NCBI GenBank assembly: GCA_965223865.1
Contig: OZ245020.1
Coordinates: 1 to 64,000 of the forward strand
Length of the DNA stretch: 64,000 nucleotides
Origin: Nitrosarchaeum sp.
GTDB lineage: Archaea; Thermoproteota; Nitrososphaeria; Nitrososphaerales; Nitrosopumilaceae
Direction of reading: 5' to 3'
The notes beneath the pieces are model-generated. The model saw only the letters and a program-made list of their open reading frames with translations, searched no databases and was not told the DNA's origin. Made by a program: the position numbers and the translations under genes. Shown here one piece after another: positions 38,729 through 49,186 of this stretch; positions within the stretch are counted from its first letter, which is position 1; each line of letters opens with the position of its first letter.

Positions 38729-39343
38729 ATGCCGTTAAAAAATATTAGACTTTCATTAAATAGAATCTCAAAATCATTATCAGAAGAACAAGATTCAAGA
38801 GAGTTTTTGTTAAAAAATACTAGAGAAGTTATCATCCTTTGTAGTAGATCGATTATTTCAGTACATAAAGAAGATATAAAATCTGCAAAAAATAGTCTAA
38901 ATCAAGCAAGAATTTTACTAAAAAAATATCAGAAAAAAGCAAAAGGAGATCTTAGAAGATACATTGTTACACCAGAACAAGAATTTGTTGAAGCAGCATG
39001 TCTTGTTGCAATAGTAGAAAAAAAAGAAATTCCTACTGATAAAAAATTGAGGGTATTGCCAGAGTCATATATTCTTGGATTACTTGACTTAATAGGAGAA
39101 TTAAAAAGAATGATTTTTGATAAAATTAGAATTGGAGACATTAATGAGGCCACAAAGATTTTTGAAATTATGGAAAATTTGTATCTGCATTTGTATCCTT
39201 TTTCAATGTATGACAAAGTTGTCAAAGAAGTTAGAAAAAAAATCGACGTTGCCCGTATCCTAGTTGATAATGTAAGGGGTGCGATTACAGAAGAAAAAAG
39301 ACGTACTGATCTAATTAAAGAACTAAATAAATTACAAAAGTAA
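38729..39343 (+). CDS. Translin/TRAX (C3PO)-like protein
   Basis: QEFVEA and YILGLLDLIGELKR motifs, RKKID. Confidence 0.8.
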   Translation: MPLKNIRLSLNRISKSLSEEQDSREFLLKNTREVIILCSRSIISVHKEDIKSAKNSLNQARILLKKYQKKAKGDLRRYIVTPEQEFVEAACLVAIVEKKEIPTDKKLRVLPESYILGLLDLIGELKRMIFDKIRIGDINEATKIFEIMENLYLHLYPFSMYDKVVKEVRKKIDVARILVDNVRGAITEEKRRTDLIKELNKLQK

Positions 39344-39363
39344 AGAAATTTTTTGAATTTGTA

Positions 39364-39448
39364 TGCGGGCGATGGGATTTGAACCCACGAACTCCTGAGA
39401 GACTAGCCCCTCAAGCTAGCGCCTTTGGCCAGGCTGGGCGACGCCCGC
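39364..39448 (-). tRNA. tRNA-Leu(GAG)
   Basis: Reverse complement GCGGGCG...CTAGC-TT-GAG-GG-GCTAG, long variable arm, GTTCAAATC...CGCCCGCA. Confidence 0.95.
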
Positions 39449-39500
39449 AACAAAATTTCCTTGTATGGTTTTTATAATCCTTGATTACCTTTTCGCTTGT

Positions 39501-39737
39501 ATGTTAATTCCTGTAAGATGTTTTACTTGCGGAAATCTAATTGCAGATAAGTATGATGATTATCAAAATAAAGTAAGATCAGGAGAGGATCCTGCAAAAG
39601 TTCTAGATAGTTTAGGAATTAAGAGATATTGTTGTAGGAGAATGTTGTTGACATCACTTGAAACAATCCAACAAATAATTCCGTTTTACGAAGCAATACA
39701 GAGAAGACATCAAGAAGTTCAATCTGAGCTAGAGTAA
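39501..39737 (+). CDS. rpoN: RNA polymerase subunit N (Rpo10)
   Basis: MLIPVRCFTCG, RYCCRRM. Confidence 0.97.
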   Translation: MLIPVRCFTCGNLIADKYDDYQNKVRSGEDPAKVLDSLGIKRYCCRRMLLTSLETIQQIIPFYEAIQRRHQEVQSELE

Positions 39738-39738
39738 C

Positions 39739-40977
39739 TTGTCTAAAATTACTTCAATCAAGGGACGTGTTCTTTACAATAGTAGAGGAAGTAAAACAAT
39801 TGAAGTCGACATTATTTCAGACAATCAATTTTTAGGTAGAGTTTGTGCCCCTTCAGGCGCCAGTGTTGGAAAGTATGAAGCAGTGAGCTTTCCTAATGGA
39901 AAACCAGAGGAGGGTTTGAGAATATTAAATGAAAATTCTCAGAAATTTATTGGATTAGAATCATCAGATTTAAAGACAATTCATGATACATTGAAAAGTC
40001 TTGATAAATCCTCAAACTATTCTGAAATTGGGGGAGCACTTGCATTTGCTGTTACCATTGCATCAATCGAATCAGCCTCAAAAGCTTTGAATCAACCAAT
40101 GTTTCAAACGTTATCTTCTGAATCATCATTCAGATTCCCATTTCCTCTTGGAAATATTTTAGGAGGAGGTGCACATGCAGGTCCTGGAACTCCAGACATT
40201 CAAGAAATTTTAATTTGTGCTACAGGTTCAAAATCAATTAGAGAGGCAATTGAGACAAATTTGTTAGTTCACAAAGAATTACGTAGTGTATTAGAAAAAG
40301 AAGATCCCAATTTTACAAATGGTAGAGGAGATGAGGGTGGTTGGGCTCCAAAGTTGGAAAATGAGAAAGCATTAGAACTATCTGCAAAAGCTTGTGAGAA
40401 TTTAGGATTCACATTAGGAAAAGAAGTTTCATTAGGAGTAGATTTTGCATCGTCAACACAATGGAATGAAGAAAAACAAAAGTATGTTTATGATAGAGCC
40501 GGATTTGAAAATTCCCCACAGCAACAAATAGAATTTGCTGCAAATATTATTGAAAAATATAAGCTGATTTACGCCGAAGATGCTGTTCATGAAGAGGCAT
40601 TTGCAGATATGGCAGAACTCACTGCAAAATTCCCACAAACACTAGTAACAGGAGATGATCTCACAGTAACTAACAAAAATATTCTAGCAAATGCAATAGA
40701 ATCAAAATCTTGTAATGCTGCAATTCTTAAAGTAAACCAAGCCGGTAGTCTTTACGATGCGTTAGAATTTGCTAATTTGGCAAATCAAAATAATATTAGA
40801 TTAATCACTTCCCACAGATCAGGAGAATCCTCAGATTCCCATATTTCTCATATTGGCCTAGCTACAAAGTCAAAAATGCTCAAAGTTGGGGTTGTTGGTG
40901 GCGAAAGAGTGGCAAAATTAAATGAGCTTATACGCCTATCAGAGCATGATTTAATACGCGGTATGATTGAGATTTAA
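39739..40977 (+). CDS. eno: enolase
   Basis: APSGAS, GDEGG, GDDL, LKVNQ.G, SHRSGE, ERVAKLNEL. Confidence 0.96.
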   Translation: MSKITSIKGRVLYNSRGSKTIEVDIISDNQFLGRVCAPSGASVGKYEAVSFPNGKPEEGLRILNENSQKFIGLESSDLKTIHDTLKSLDKSSNYSEIGGALAFAVTIASIESASKALNQPMFQTLSSESSFRFPFPLGNILGGGAHAGPGTPDIQEILICATGSKSIREAIETNLLVHKELRSVLEKEDPNFTNGRGDEGGWAPKLENEKALELSAKACENLGFTLGKEVSLGVDFASSTQWNEEKQKYVYDRAGFENSPQQQIEFAANIIEKYKLIYAEDAVHEEAFADMAELTAKFPQTLVTGDDLTVTNKNILANAIESKSCNAAILKVNQAGSLYDALEFANLANQNNIRLITSHRSGESSDSHISHIGLATKSKMLKVGVVGGERVAKLNELIRLSEHDLIRGMIEI

Positions 40978-40984
40978 AATCGCT

Positions 40985-41608
40985 ATGAGCCAACAAGTAG
41001 AAACACCAGACATCAAAAAGAAGATTTTATCCACTGGGATCAGAGTTGGAACTCAGGTAAAAACAAAATTCATGAAACCGTTCATAACAAAGGCAAGTCC
41101 CGAAGGACTTTACATGCTTGATTTAGACATTACGTTAGAAAAAATTCAAACTGCTGCAAAATTCATCAACAGACTAGGTACAGATAAACTCATTGTATGT
41201 TCGGCAAGACAATACGCAAATACCCCAATTGAGAAATTTTGTGAAGTTTTAGACTCAAAGAAATTACTTGGCAGATTCATGCCAGGTACTCTTACAAATC
41301 CATCATTACCATATTACATTGAACCAAAACTGGTCTTAATTTCTGACCCCCAGGTAGATGAGCAAGCAGTTATGGAGGCCACAAATGCAGGTATTCCTGT
41401 TATTGGAATTGCAAATACTGATAACATCACATCAAAACTTGATTTGATTATTCCGGCAAATAACAGAGGAAGAAAAGCACTTGCCACAGTTTATTGGTTA
41501 TTAGTTCGTCAAATCCTCATAGAAAAAGGAAAACTCAGAGAAGACGAGCAGATGAAATATGAAATCGATGATTTTGAGACAAAAATAACGGAAGAGGAAA
41601 TAGAATAA
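40985..41608 (+). CDS. rps2: 30S ribosomal protein S2 (uS2)
   Basis: GRFMPGTLTNP, DP..D.QA, IPANNRGRKA. Confidence 0.96.
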   Translation: MSQQVETPDIKKKILSTGIRVGTQVKTKFMKPFITKASPEGLYMLDLDITLEKIQTAAKFINRLGTDKLIVCSARQYANTPIEKFCEVLDSKKLLGRFMPGTLTNPSLPYYIEPKLVLISDPQVDEQAVMEATNAGIPVIGIANTDNITSKLDLIIPANNRGRKALATVYWLLVRQILIEKGKLREDEQMKYEIDDFETKITEEEIE

Positions 41609-42441
41609 TGCAAATTAGAACACCGGCTGTAGCCGGAATGTTCTATCCAGGAGAAAAAAATGAACTAAAACAATCAATCAGAGATTCATTTTTACATAAA
41701 TTTGGTCCAGGAAAAATCCCCCCATCGGAAATAAAAAAGAGAATTTACGGGGTTATTTGTCCTCATGCTGGTTATATGTATTCAGGACCAATTGCGTGTC
41801 AATCATTTTATGCAATTTCTTCAGACTTGCCAGAATTATTCATCATTATTGGTCCCAATCATTGGGGAATAGGAAGTGATGTGGCGACTATGAAGGATAG
41901 TAAATGGCAAACACCTCTAGGAGAAGTTGAAGTAGATTCGGAAACTGCAGAAGAGATGTCAAAATTGGCTCATGTTATTGAGATAGATAGTTTTTCACAT
42001 TCAAGAGAACACAGTCTAGAAGTTCAAGTTCCAATACTTCAAGAGATATCTTCTAATTTCAAAATAATTCCTATTGTACTTATCAATCAAAACAAAGAAG
42101 TTGCTTTTCAGGTTGGTGAAGCTATGGCAGAAATTGCTAAAAATAAGAAAATTATGATTGTAGGTTCTTCAGATTTTACACATTATGAGCCTAATGAGTT
42201 TGCACATGAACAAGATACTGCCCTAATTGAGCCTATTTTGAAATTAGATGTAGATAGATTTTATGAGGTTTTACAAGAAAGAAATGTAAGTGCTTGTGGA
42301 TATGGTGCAATTGCATCAACTATGATAGCATGTAAAGAGATGGGTGCAACAAAAGGTGAATTACTAAAGTATGCTACAAGTGGAGACATCACAGGAGATA
42401 TAAGTTCTGTTGTAGGATATGGGTCGATTATTTTCACTTGA
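41608..42441 (+). CDS. MEMO1/AmmeMemo family protein
   Basis: PAVAGMFYP, PHAGYMYSG, GPNH, EHSLEVQ, SSDFTHY, CGYG. Confidence 0.93.
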   Translation: MQIRTPAVAGMFYPGEKNELKQSIRDSFLHKFGPGKIPPSEIKKRIYGVICPHAGYMYSGPIACQSFYAISSDLPELFIIIGPNHWGIGSDVATMKDSKWQTPLGEVEVDSETAEEMSKLAHVIEIDSFSHSREHSLEVQVPILQEISSNFKIIPIVLINQNKEVAFQVGEAMAEIAKNKKIMIVGSSDFTHYEPNEFAHEQDTALIEPILKLDVDRFYEVLQERNVSACGYGAIASTMIACKEMGATKGELLKYATSGDITGDISSVVGYGSIIFT

Positions 42442-43385
42442 AATCCAAGGCATCTGCACCAGGAAAAGTAATTCTTTTTGGTGAGCATTTTGTGGTTTAT
42501 GGAATAAAAGCGATTTTATGTGCTATTGATAAGCGAATAACAGTAACAGCTGAAAAAAGTCCAGGAAAAAAAATTTCCATCAAATCAAATATTGACGAAG
42601 TAGAATTTCCAATTAATAAGCCAATTACAGAAATAAATTCTCCATTAAAGCCCTTATATTATTTAGCAAATAAGATGATCGAAAAACACGACCAAAAAAT
42701 AGGGATAAAAATTTTTGTAGAATCAGAAATTCCATCGGGTGTTGGATTAGGATCTTCGTCGGCTTGTTGCGTAGCTGGTGCAGCTGCCATTTCAAAATTA
42801 TATGAAGCAACTAGCAAAGAACAAATTTTGGAATTGGCTATTGAAGCTGAAAAAACTATTTTTCAAAATACCTCTGGTGCAGATTGTACTGTTTGTACCT
42901 ATGGCGGATTAATCGAATATGACAAAAAAAATGGTTACTCACAGATTGAATCAAAACCAAGTTTTCATCTAGTTATAGCAAATTCTAACATTGAACATTC
43001 AACAAATAGTGTTGTATCAAATGTTAAAAAATTCAAAGAAAATAATGAAGAAAAATTTTTTGAGTTATGTCAGCAGGAATCAGAATTGATCAATAATGTT
43101 AGGATTAATTTGAAAAATGAGAATTTGGAAGAATTAGGTAAAAGTATGCATGAAAATCAAAAATTTTTAGAAATCATCGGAATATCTAATGAGAAGCTGC
43201 AAGAGATGGTCAAGATAGCAGAAAATACGTCATTTGGGGCAAAAATAACAGGTGCCGGAGGTGGAGGATGTATCATTGCATTAACTGACGAGTCAAATTT
43301 GGAGAAAACAATAATGCATCTAAAGAAGAAAAATCAGGATTGTTTTTCAGTAAAAATTGATTTTAGAGGTCTAGATACTTTTTAA
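42438..43385 (+). CDS. mvk: mevalonate kinase
   Basis: PGKVILFGEH, GLGSS, SGAD, KITGAGGGG (GHMP kinase). Confidence 0.95.
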   Translation: MKSKASAPGKVILFGEHFVVYGIKAILCAIDKRITVTAEKSPGKKISIKSNIDEVEFPINKPITEINSPLKPLYYLANKMIEKHDQKIGIKIFVESEIPSGVGLGSSSACCVAGAAAISKLYEATSKEQILELAIEAEKTIFQNTSGADCTVCTYGGLIEYDKKNGYSQIESKPSFHLVIANSNIEHSTNSVVSNVKKFKENNEEKFFELCQQESELINNVRINLKNENLEELGKSMHENQKFLEIIGISNEKLQEMVKIAENTSFGAKITGAGGGGCIIALTDESNLEKTIMHLKKKNQDCFSVKIDFRGLDTF

Positions 43386-43408
43386 TGGATTGAATATTTG
43401 GGGACAAC

Positions 43409-44160
43409 ATGATTCTAATAAAATTGGGCGGATCAATTATTACAAATAAAGAAAAGCCTCTTACTCCGAGAAAAAAAGTTGTTGAGAAAATTGCAAAAAC
43501 ATAAAAAAAATTAATGAGCCTATAATTATTGTTCATGGGGGAGGATCCTTTGGACATTATTGGTCTGTGAAATATGATATGCATACTATGCCAAAAAAAT
43601 ACAACTTGCGTGGAGTTGCAATAGTTAAAAATTCAATGATTGATCTAAACAAAATAATTTTAGAATCCTTTGTTAAAAATAAATTAAATCCATATTCTCT
43701 TCCTCCAACTGATTTTATGTTAGGAAATAGACCAGATAGAAAGAAGATAAAACAAATAGAATTAATTGCAAAATCAGGATTAATTCCAGTAACATATGGT
43801 GATGCTCTTTGGTATGGAGATAAGAAAACCTACATTTTATCTGGAGATAAAATAATGGCATATTTTGCAAAAATTTTAAAACCAAAATTGATCATTTTTG
43901 CTTTAAATGAAGATGGTCTTTATTCTGATCTTAAAACAAAAAAACTAATTTATGAACTAAATGGAGAAAATCCAAAAATTTCTGAAAACAAAATGGATGT
44001 TACAGGAGGGATGACTAGAAAAGTTGAAGAAGCAACTAAGATTGCCAAAATGGGGATGAATGTATTTTTTGTAAACGGTAATAAGCCGGAAAGAATCGTG
44101 AAAGCGGTTAAAAATAGGAAATATGAAGGCACTTTGTTTAGAGGCAAACGAAATGTCTGA
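43409..44160 (+). pseudogene. ipk: isopentenyl phosphate kinase, frameshifted at ~43495-43503 (sequence error, pseudogene or recoding)
   Basis: MILIKLGGSIITNK...KIAKT* in one frame; IKKINEPIIIVHGGGSFGH...SGD...DVTGGM continues in the -1 frame. Confidence 0.85.
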
Positions 44161-44794
44161 AGAGTTTGTAATTTTAGTTGATGAAAGGGATAATCCTATA
44201 GGTTCGGAGGAGAAAGTAAAATGTCATTTGCCTGATGGAAAGCTCCACCGGGCATTTACCGCTATTTTATTTGATAATAATGGCAGATTAGTTCTCACTA
44301 GAAGAGCTAAAGAAAAGATGCTTTGGCCAGGAGATTGGGATGGAACAGTTGCTAGTCATCCAAGAGAAGGTGAGACATACATATCATCAGCTGAGAGAAG
44401 AATGCCTGAAGAATTAGGAATTCCATGCAAAATGGATTATTTGATGAAGTTTGAGTACCATGTTCCATACAAGAGCATAGGCTCTGAAAATGAGATTTGT
44501 GGCACTTTAATTGGAATTGTTGATGATTCTGCTGAATTTAAAATGGTTAAAGATGAAATTGATGAGATCAAATGGATTTCATCCAAAGAGTTACTCTTGG
44601 AAATTAAAAACAATCCAACAAATTATTGCCCATGGATGTTAATTGCTCTTGTATTCTTGGATAAATCAGAAAAAACAATTCTTGAAAAATATCAAAAGGT
44701 GCTATCACTGTGGATTAATGAAGATATGAAAAAAGAGTTACTACAAGCCATTAATGTTCATCTTACTGAGGATAAATGGAGACTGGTAGAATGA
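44153..44794 (+). CDS. idi: isopentenyl-diphosphate delta-isomerase, type 1 (Nudix fold)
   Basis: LHRAF, WPG.W...ASHP, RR..EELG, ENE, CPW. Confidence 0.88.
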   Translation: MSEEFVILVDERDNPIGSEEKVKCHLPDGKLHRAFTAILFDNNGRLVLTRRAKEKMLWPGDWDGTVASHPREGETYISSAERRMPEELGIPCKMDYLMKFEYHVPYKSIGSENEICGTLIGIVDDSAEFKMVKDEIDEIKWISSKELLLEIKNNPTNYCPWMLIALVFLDKSEKTILEKYQKVLSLWINEDMKKELLQAINVHLTEDKWRLVE

Positions 44795-45771
44795 AAAAAA
44801 CAAAGTCTATGGAAAAAAATGCCAACATAGTTAATCGTTATTTAAATCACAAATTAAAAGGAAATCCTAAAATGCTCTATGACGCGGCAGGTCATCTGAT
44901 AATCCACGGAGGAAAAAGATTACGACCATACATGGTAATGAAGAGTTGTCAACTTTTAGGTGGGAAAACCACAAAGGCAATGCCTGCTGCAAGTGCGGTT
45001 GAGATGATACATAATTTTACATTAGTTCACGATGACATAATGGATAATGATGAAATGAGACACGGTGTTCCCACAGTTCATAAAAAATATGGAATACCAA
45101 TTGCCATTCTTGCAGGAGATGTACTTTTTTCAAAGGCATACCAGGTGATTTCAGACTCTAAATTATCAGGTGATGCAGTAACACAATTAATTTCTAGATT
45201 AGCAAAAGCTTGTGTTGATGTTTGTGAGGGACAACTGCTAGATATTAGAATGGCAGAACAGAAAAAAATTCCATCTCAATCTGAATATATTACAATGATT
45301 GGCAAAAAAACTGCTGCGCTCTTTGACGTATCTTGTGCGATGGGAGCAATATGTGCAACAAATAAAAGTAAAGATATAGAAAATCTTTCTGCTTTTGGGA
45401 GAAACTTAGGAATTGCGTTTCAGATTACAGATGATCTGATTGGAGTTATGGGAGATCCTAAGTTAACTAAAAAGCCCGTAGGAAATGATCTTAGAGAAGG
45501 AAAGAAATCATTGCCAATTCTCATGGCAATTAAATTATCTAAAGGACAGGATAAAAGGATAATTTTGAAATCCTTTGGAAATACAAGGGCAACTAAAAAA
45601 GACCTAAAAAAGGCAGTAGATGCCATTCGTAAGGTTGGAATTGAAGAAAATGTCAGAAAACAGGCCCTAAAATATGCCGAAAAAGCAGAAAAAGCCCTTT
45701 TGTGTTATTCTGGTCCTTCCAAAAAAGAACTTGAGGCATTGTTAGATTTTGTTGTAAAAAGGAGTTTGTAA
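44791..45771 (+). CDS. geranylgeranyl diphosphate (polyprenyl) synthase
   Basis: GGKRLRP, FTLVHDDIMD, GQ..D, KTA, FQITDD, DLREGK. Confidence 0.93.
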   Translation: MKKTKSMEKNANIVNRYLNHKLKGNPKMLYDAAGHLIIHGGKRLRPYMVMKSCQLLGGKTTKAMPAASAVEMIHNFTLVHDDIMDNDEMRHGVPTVHKKYGIPIAILAGDVLFSKAYQVISDSKLSGDAVTQLISRLAKACVDVCEGQLLDIRMAEQKKIPSQSEYITMIGKKTAALFDVSCAMGAICATNKSKDIENLSAFGRNLGIAFQITDDLIGVMGDPKLTKKPVGNDLREGKKSLPILMAIKLSKGQDKRIILKSFGNTRATKKDLKKAVDAIRKVGIEENVRKQALKYAEKAEKALLCYSGPSKKELEALLDFVVKRSL

Positions 45772-45772
45772 T

Positions 45773-47482
45773 TTGGATGAAGAACTAGCAAAAGAGATTA
45801 GAAAAATAGCATTACAAAATGCATTTGAACATGAAGGAAAGACTGAAGATAAAATAATTTTAGCCAAGATTCTTGGAACAAGACCAGAATATAGAACAAA
45901 AGTAAAGGAAATATTTGGAGATATTTCTCAAATTGTATCTTCCGTAAATCAATTGTCATTTGATGAGCAAAAAAAAGAAATTGATCAGGAGTTTCCAGAT
46001 ATTTTAATCCCAAAAGAAAAGGTTGAGGAAAGAGAAGGGTTACCACCACTAGACAATGCCGAACAAGGAAAAGTTGTTACTAGATTCCCACCTGAACCCA
46101 ATGGATATCCACACATAGGCCATGCCAAAGCTGCAATCATTAATGCAGAATATGCAAAAATGTATGGTGGTAAATGTATTCTCAGATTAGATGATACAAA
46201 TCCTGAAGCAGAAAGAATGGAATATCATGCTGCTATCAAGGTAGGATTGGATTGGTTAGGAATTGAATTTGACAGTATAAAAAATACATCAGAAGATATG
46301 GAATTGTTTTATGAAAAAGGAATGTTGTTAATCGATTCTGGAAAAGCCTATGTTTGTACTTGTAAAAGAGATGACATTAGTAAAAACAGAAGAGAAAGAA
46401 AAGCTTGCAAATGCAGCATGGGTGATATTACCAAGAGCAACAAAGGCTGGAAAAAAATGTTTGAGAAATACAAACCAGGTGAAGCCATTGTAAGATTCCG
46501 AGGAGATATGAAGGCAGATAATGCAGTTATGAGAGATCCTGTGTTGTTCAGAATCATAGATGAAAAACACTATACTCAAGGAGAAAAATACAGAGTATGG
46601 CCAAGTTATGATTTTGCAGTTGCAATAGAAGATAGTATCGATGGAATTACACACGCTTTTCGTTCTAAAGAATTTGAGTTAAGAAAAGAGCTGATTGAGG
46701 CAATTTTAGATAGTCTGAGTATGCGAAAACCCCATCAAGGATTCTTTTCTAGACTTGAATTCAAAGGAATGCCAATATCAAAGAGAATTCTGAAACCCTT
46801 GATAGAAGAAGGAAAAGTTTCCTGGTATGACGATCCACGTCTCCCAACCCTGGAAGCATTAAGAAGAAGAGGGATTAAACCAGAGGCGATAAAAAAATTT
46901 GTGTTGTCTCTTGGTATGACTAAAGCAAATACTCTTGCACCATTTGATGCTTTAGAGGCATTTAATAGAAAATTAGTTGATGCAGATAGTATCAGATTAT
47001 TTATGGTTGTCAAACCAGAAAAACTGATTGTAAAGAAATTACCTTTTTCATTTATTGAAATTCCCAATCATCCAATCAAAGATAAAGGTAAAAGAAAAAT
47101 TGAGATTGATCAAAAATTCTTAATTTCTGGTGACGATGCAAAAAACATACAAGAAAACACTCAGATTAGATTACTAGGATTAGGAAATGTAAAGATTTCA
47201 AAATTAGATGGTGAAATTCAAGGAGAATTTATTGGGGATGGAGATGCTTCAAATATTCCAAAGATTCAATGGGTTACTGAAAAAAATTTTCATGAGATCA
47301 AATTATTGATTCCAAAACAATTGTTTATAGAAGAAGAATTTAATGAGGATAGTTTAGAGGAGTTAGTGGTTTATACAGAGCCTCATTATTTACAAGTAAA
47401 AGAAGGAGAAGAGATTCAATTTGTTAGATTTGGATATTGTAGAAAAGATTCACAAAATCAAGCAATTTTTACACACAAATAA
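45773..47482 (+). CDS. gltX: glutamate--tRNA ligase
   Basis: RFPPEPNGYPHIGH, DDTNP, ISKR, QFVRFGY. Confidence 0.96.
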   Translation: MDEELAKEIRKIALQNAFEHEGKTEDKIILAKILGTRPEYRTKVKEIFGDISQIVSSVNQLSFDEQKKEIDQEFPDILIPKEKVEEREGLPPLDNAEQGKVVTRFPPEPNGYPHIGHAKAAIINAEYAKMYGGKCILRLDDTNPEAERMEYHAAIKVGLDWLGIEFDSIKNTSEDMELFYEKGMLLIDSGKAYVCTCKRDDISKNRRERKACKCSMGDITKSNKGWKKMFEKYKPGEAIVRFRGDMKADNAVMRDPVLFRIIDEKHYTQGEKYRVWPSYDFAVAIEDSIDGITHAFRSKEFELRKELIEAILDSLSMRKPHQGFFSRLEFKGMPISKRILKPLIEEGKVSWYDDPRLPTLEALRRRGIKPEAIKKFVLSLGMTKANTLAPFDALEAFNRKLVDADSIRLFMVVKPEKLIVKKLPFSFIEIPNHPIKDKGKRKIEIDQKFLISGDDAKNIQENTQIRLLGLGNVKISKLDGEIQGEFIGDGDASNIPKIQWVTEKNFHEIKLLIPKQLFIEEEFNEDSLEELVVYTEPHYLQVKEGEEIQFVRFGYCRKDSQNQAIFTHK

Positions 47483-47491
47483 GTGAGCGTT

Positions 47492-48361
47492 ATGAAAATA
47501 GCACGATTACAATATGAAAATACTGAAACTTATGGTTTAGTAAAAGGGAGTAAGATTGCAACCAAAGATGAAATTACATATCAAACAGGAGTTCCAATTC
47601 CACAAAGTGTTAAAGATTTTCTTTTTGATGGATGGTTTCAAGAAGTAGAAGACAAATTAGATGATTTGCCATACGGTGAAGATATCTCAAAATTTAAACT
47701 GCTCAGTCCCATTCCAAACCCAAACAAGATCATATGTCTTGCTTTCAACTATACAGATCATGCTGAAGAACAAGGACTAAAAGCACCTGAAGATCCTGCC
47801 ATAGTAATTAAGCCAAGAACCGCATTAAATTCCACAGATGCATATATCATCTGCCCAGACTTTGTAACTCAATTGGACTACGAAGTAGAATTAGCTATGA
47901 TTATTGGTAAGAATTGCAAGAATATTTCTGAAGAAGAGGCAAAAGAAGCAATATTTGGTTACATGGTATTCAATGATGTTTCAGCCAGAGACATACAATT
48001 CAAAGACAAACAATTCACAAGAGGAAAGAGTTTTGATACCTTTGCTCCATGTGGGCCATGGATTACAACTGCTGACGAAATAGAAGATCCACAAAATCTT
48101 AAGCTTTCAACAAAAATCAATGGGGAAATACGTCAAAACTCCTCTACCAGTAAAATGTTTATAAAAATTCCAGAAATTGTTTCAAAAATAAGTAAAATAA
48201 TGACACTGGAAAAAGGAGACATTATTTCAACTGGAACTCCAGCTGGAGTAATGTTAAACAAACCAAATGCAGTTTTTCTCAAAGATGGAGACAAGGTAGA
48301 AATGGAAATTGAGAATGTGGGAATTTTAAGAAATACAATAAAATTTGTAAAAAGCATCTAA
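47492..48361 (+). CDS. fumarylacetoacetate hydrolase family protein
   Basis: NYTDH, DYEVEL, NDVSARD, KSFDTF, TGTPAGV. Confidence 0.92.
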   Translation: MKIARLQYENTETYGLVKGSKIATKDEITYQTGVPIPQSVKDFLFDGWFQEVEDKLDDLPYGEDISKFKLLSPIPNPNKIICLAFNYTDHAEEQGLKAPEDPAIVIKPRTALNSTDAYIICPDFVTQLDYEVELAMIIGKNCKNISEEEAKEAIFGYMVFNDVSARDIQFKDKQFTRGKSFDTFAPCGPWITTADEIEDPQNLKLSTKINGEIRQNSSTSKMFIKIPEIVSKISKIMTLEKGDIISTGTPAGVMLNKPNAVFLKDGDKVEMEIENVGILRNTIKFVKSI

Positions 48362-49137
48362 TCTAAAGATTTTAGCATGAGATGAAAAGAAATTCGATAT
48401 TCTAAATTTCTAAGTTCGGGTAAAATTTCTTTTGTTAAAATTTGTATTCTGGTATAATTATGTTTAAAACCAAAATTTTGTAAATAAGAAAGCAAATCAA
48501 GAGTATTTTCTTTAGAACCTACATGTAAGGTTACAATCAATGTGTTGTCAAAATGTTCAGAATCTGTTAAAATTGCAAAAGAAGCATCATTAGATTTGTC
48601 TGAGTAAATTATTCTCTTTTCATTTGCCAAGTATTCTAAAATTTTATTATTTAATGGTAACCATCTCCAAGATTTCACATAGTAAGAAAAAGGAATATTT
48701 TTTAAAATATTGCCAAATTTAACAATCGATTTTTTTGTTAATTTAGAAGTTAGAGAATAAAACTTCCAAGTTTCTACAATTTTATAATTTAGATTTCTTG
48801 CCATTGATAAAGACAAAGAATTTTCTGCATCAATCAACATTAATGCAAATCGAACATTATTTATTTTTGCAATAGACTCTGCATGAGTTACTAGTTTCGA
48901 TGCTAAACCTTGTCTTCTAAAAGAATTTTTAATTCTGATTCCTTCAATCCAAACTTGATTGTTTGAAAAAAAAGCATGATAAAGGCCAACTGGAATTTCT
49001 TTTTCAATAACATACAAATTTTTTTCTTTAATCCAATAATCCCAAACATCTTTGATATAATCTCCCCATGAGAAAGTATTTTTGCAAAAATCTAAAACTA
49101 AATTCTTATCAGTTGGTTTAGCTTCTCTTATTTTCAT
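48358..49137 (-). CDS. GNAT family N-acetyltransferase
   Basis: RRQGLAS acetyl-CoA motif A; WIEGIRI. Confidence 0.8.
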   Translation of the reverse strand: MKIREAKPTDKNLVLDFCKNTFSWGDYIKDVWDYWIKEKNLYVIEKEIPVGLYHAFFSNNQVWIEGIRIKNSFRRQGLASKLVTHAESIAKINNVRFALMLIDAENSLSLSMARNLNYKIVETWKFYSLTSKLTKKSIVKFGNILKNIPFSYYVKSWRWLPLNNKILEYLANEKRIIYSDKSNDASFAILTDSEHFDNTLIVTLHVGSKENTLDLLSYLQNFGFKHNYTRIQILTKEILPELRNLEYRISFHLMLKSLD

Positions 49138-49186
49138 TCTGTGATATACGAAAAAATATTAAGAATAAAAGGTTAAAAAAATCATT

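Noticed and set aside
43469-43480. A-run (AGA AAA AAA) as the programmed -1 slippery site for ipk
   Set aside because: A -1 shift there meets TGA three codons later, so it cannot yield full-length IPK.
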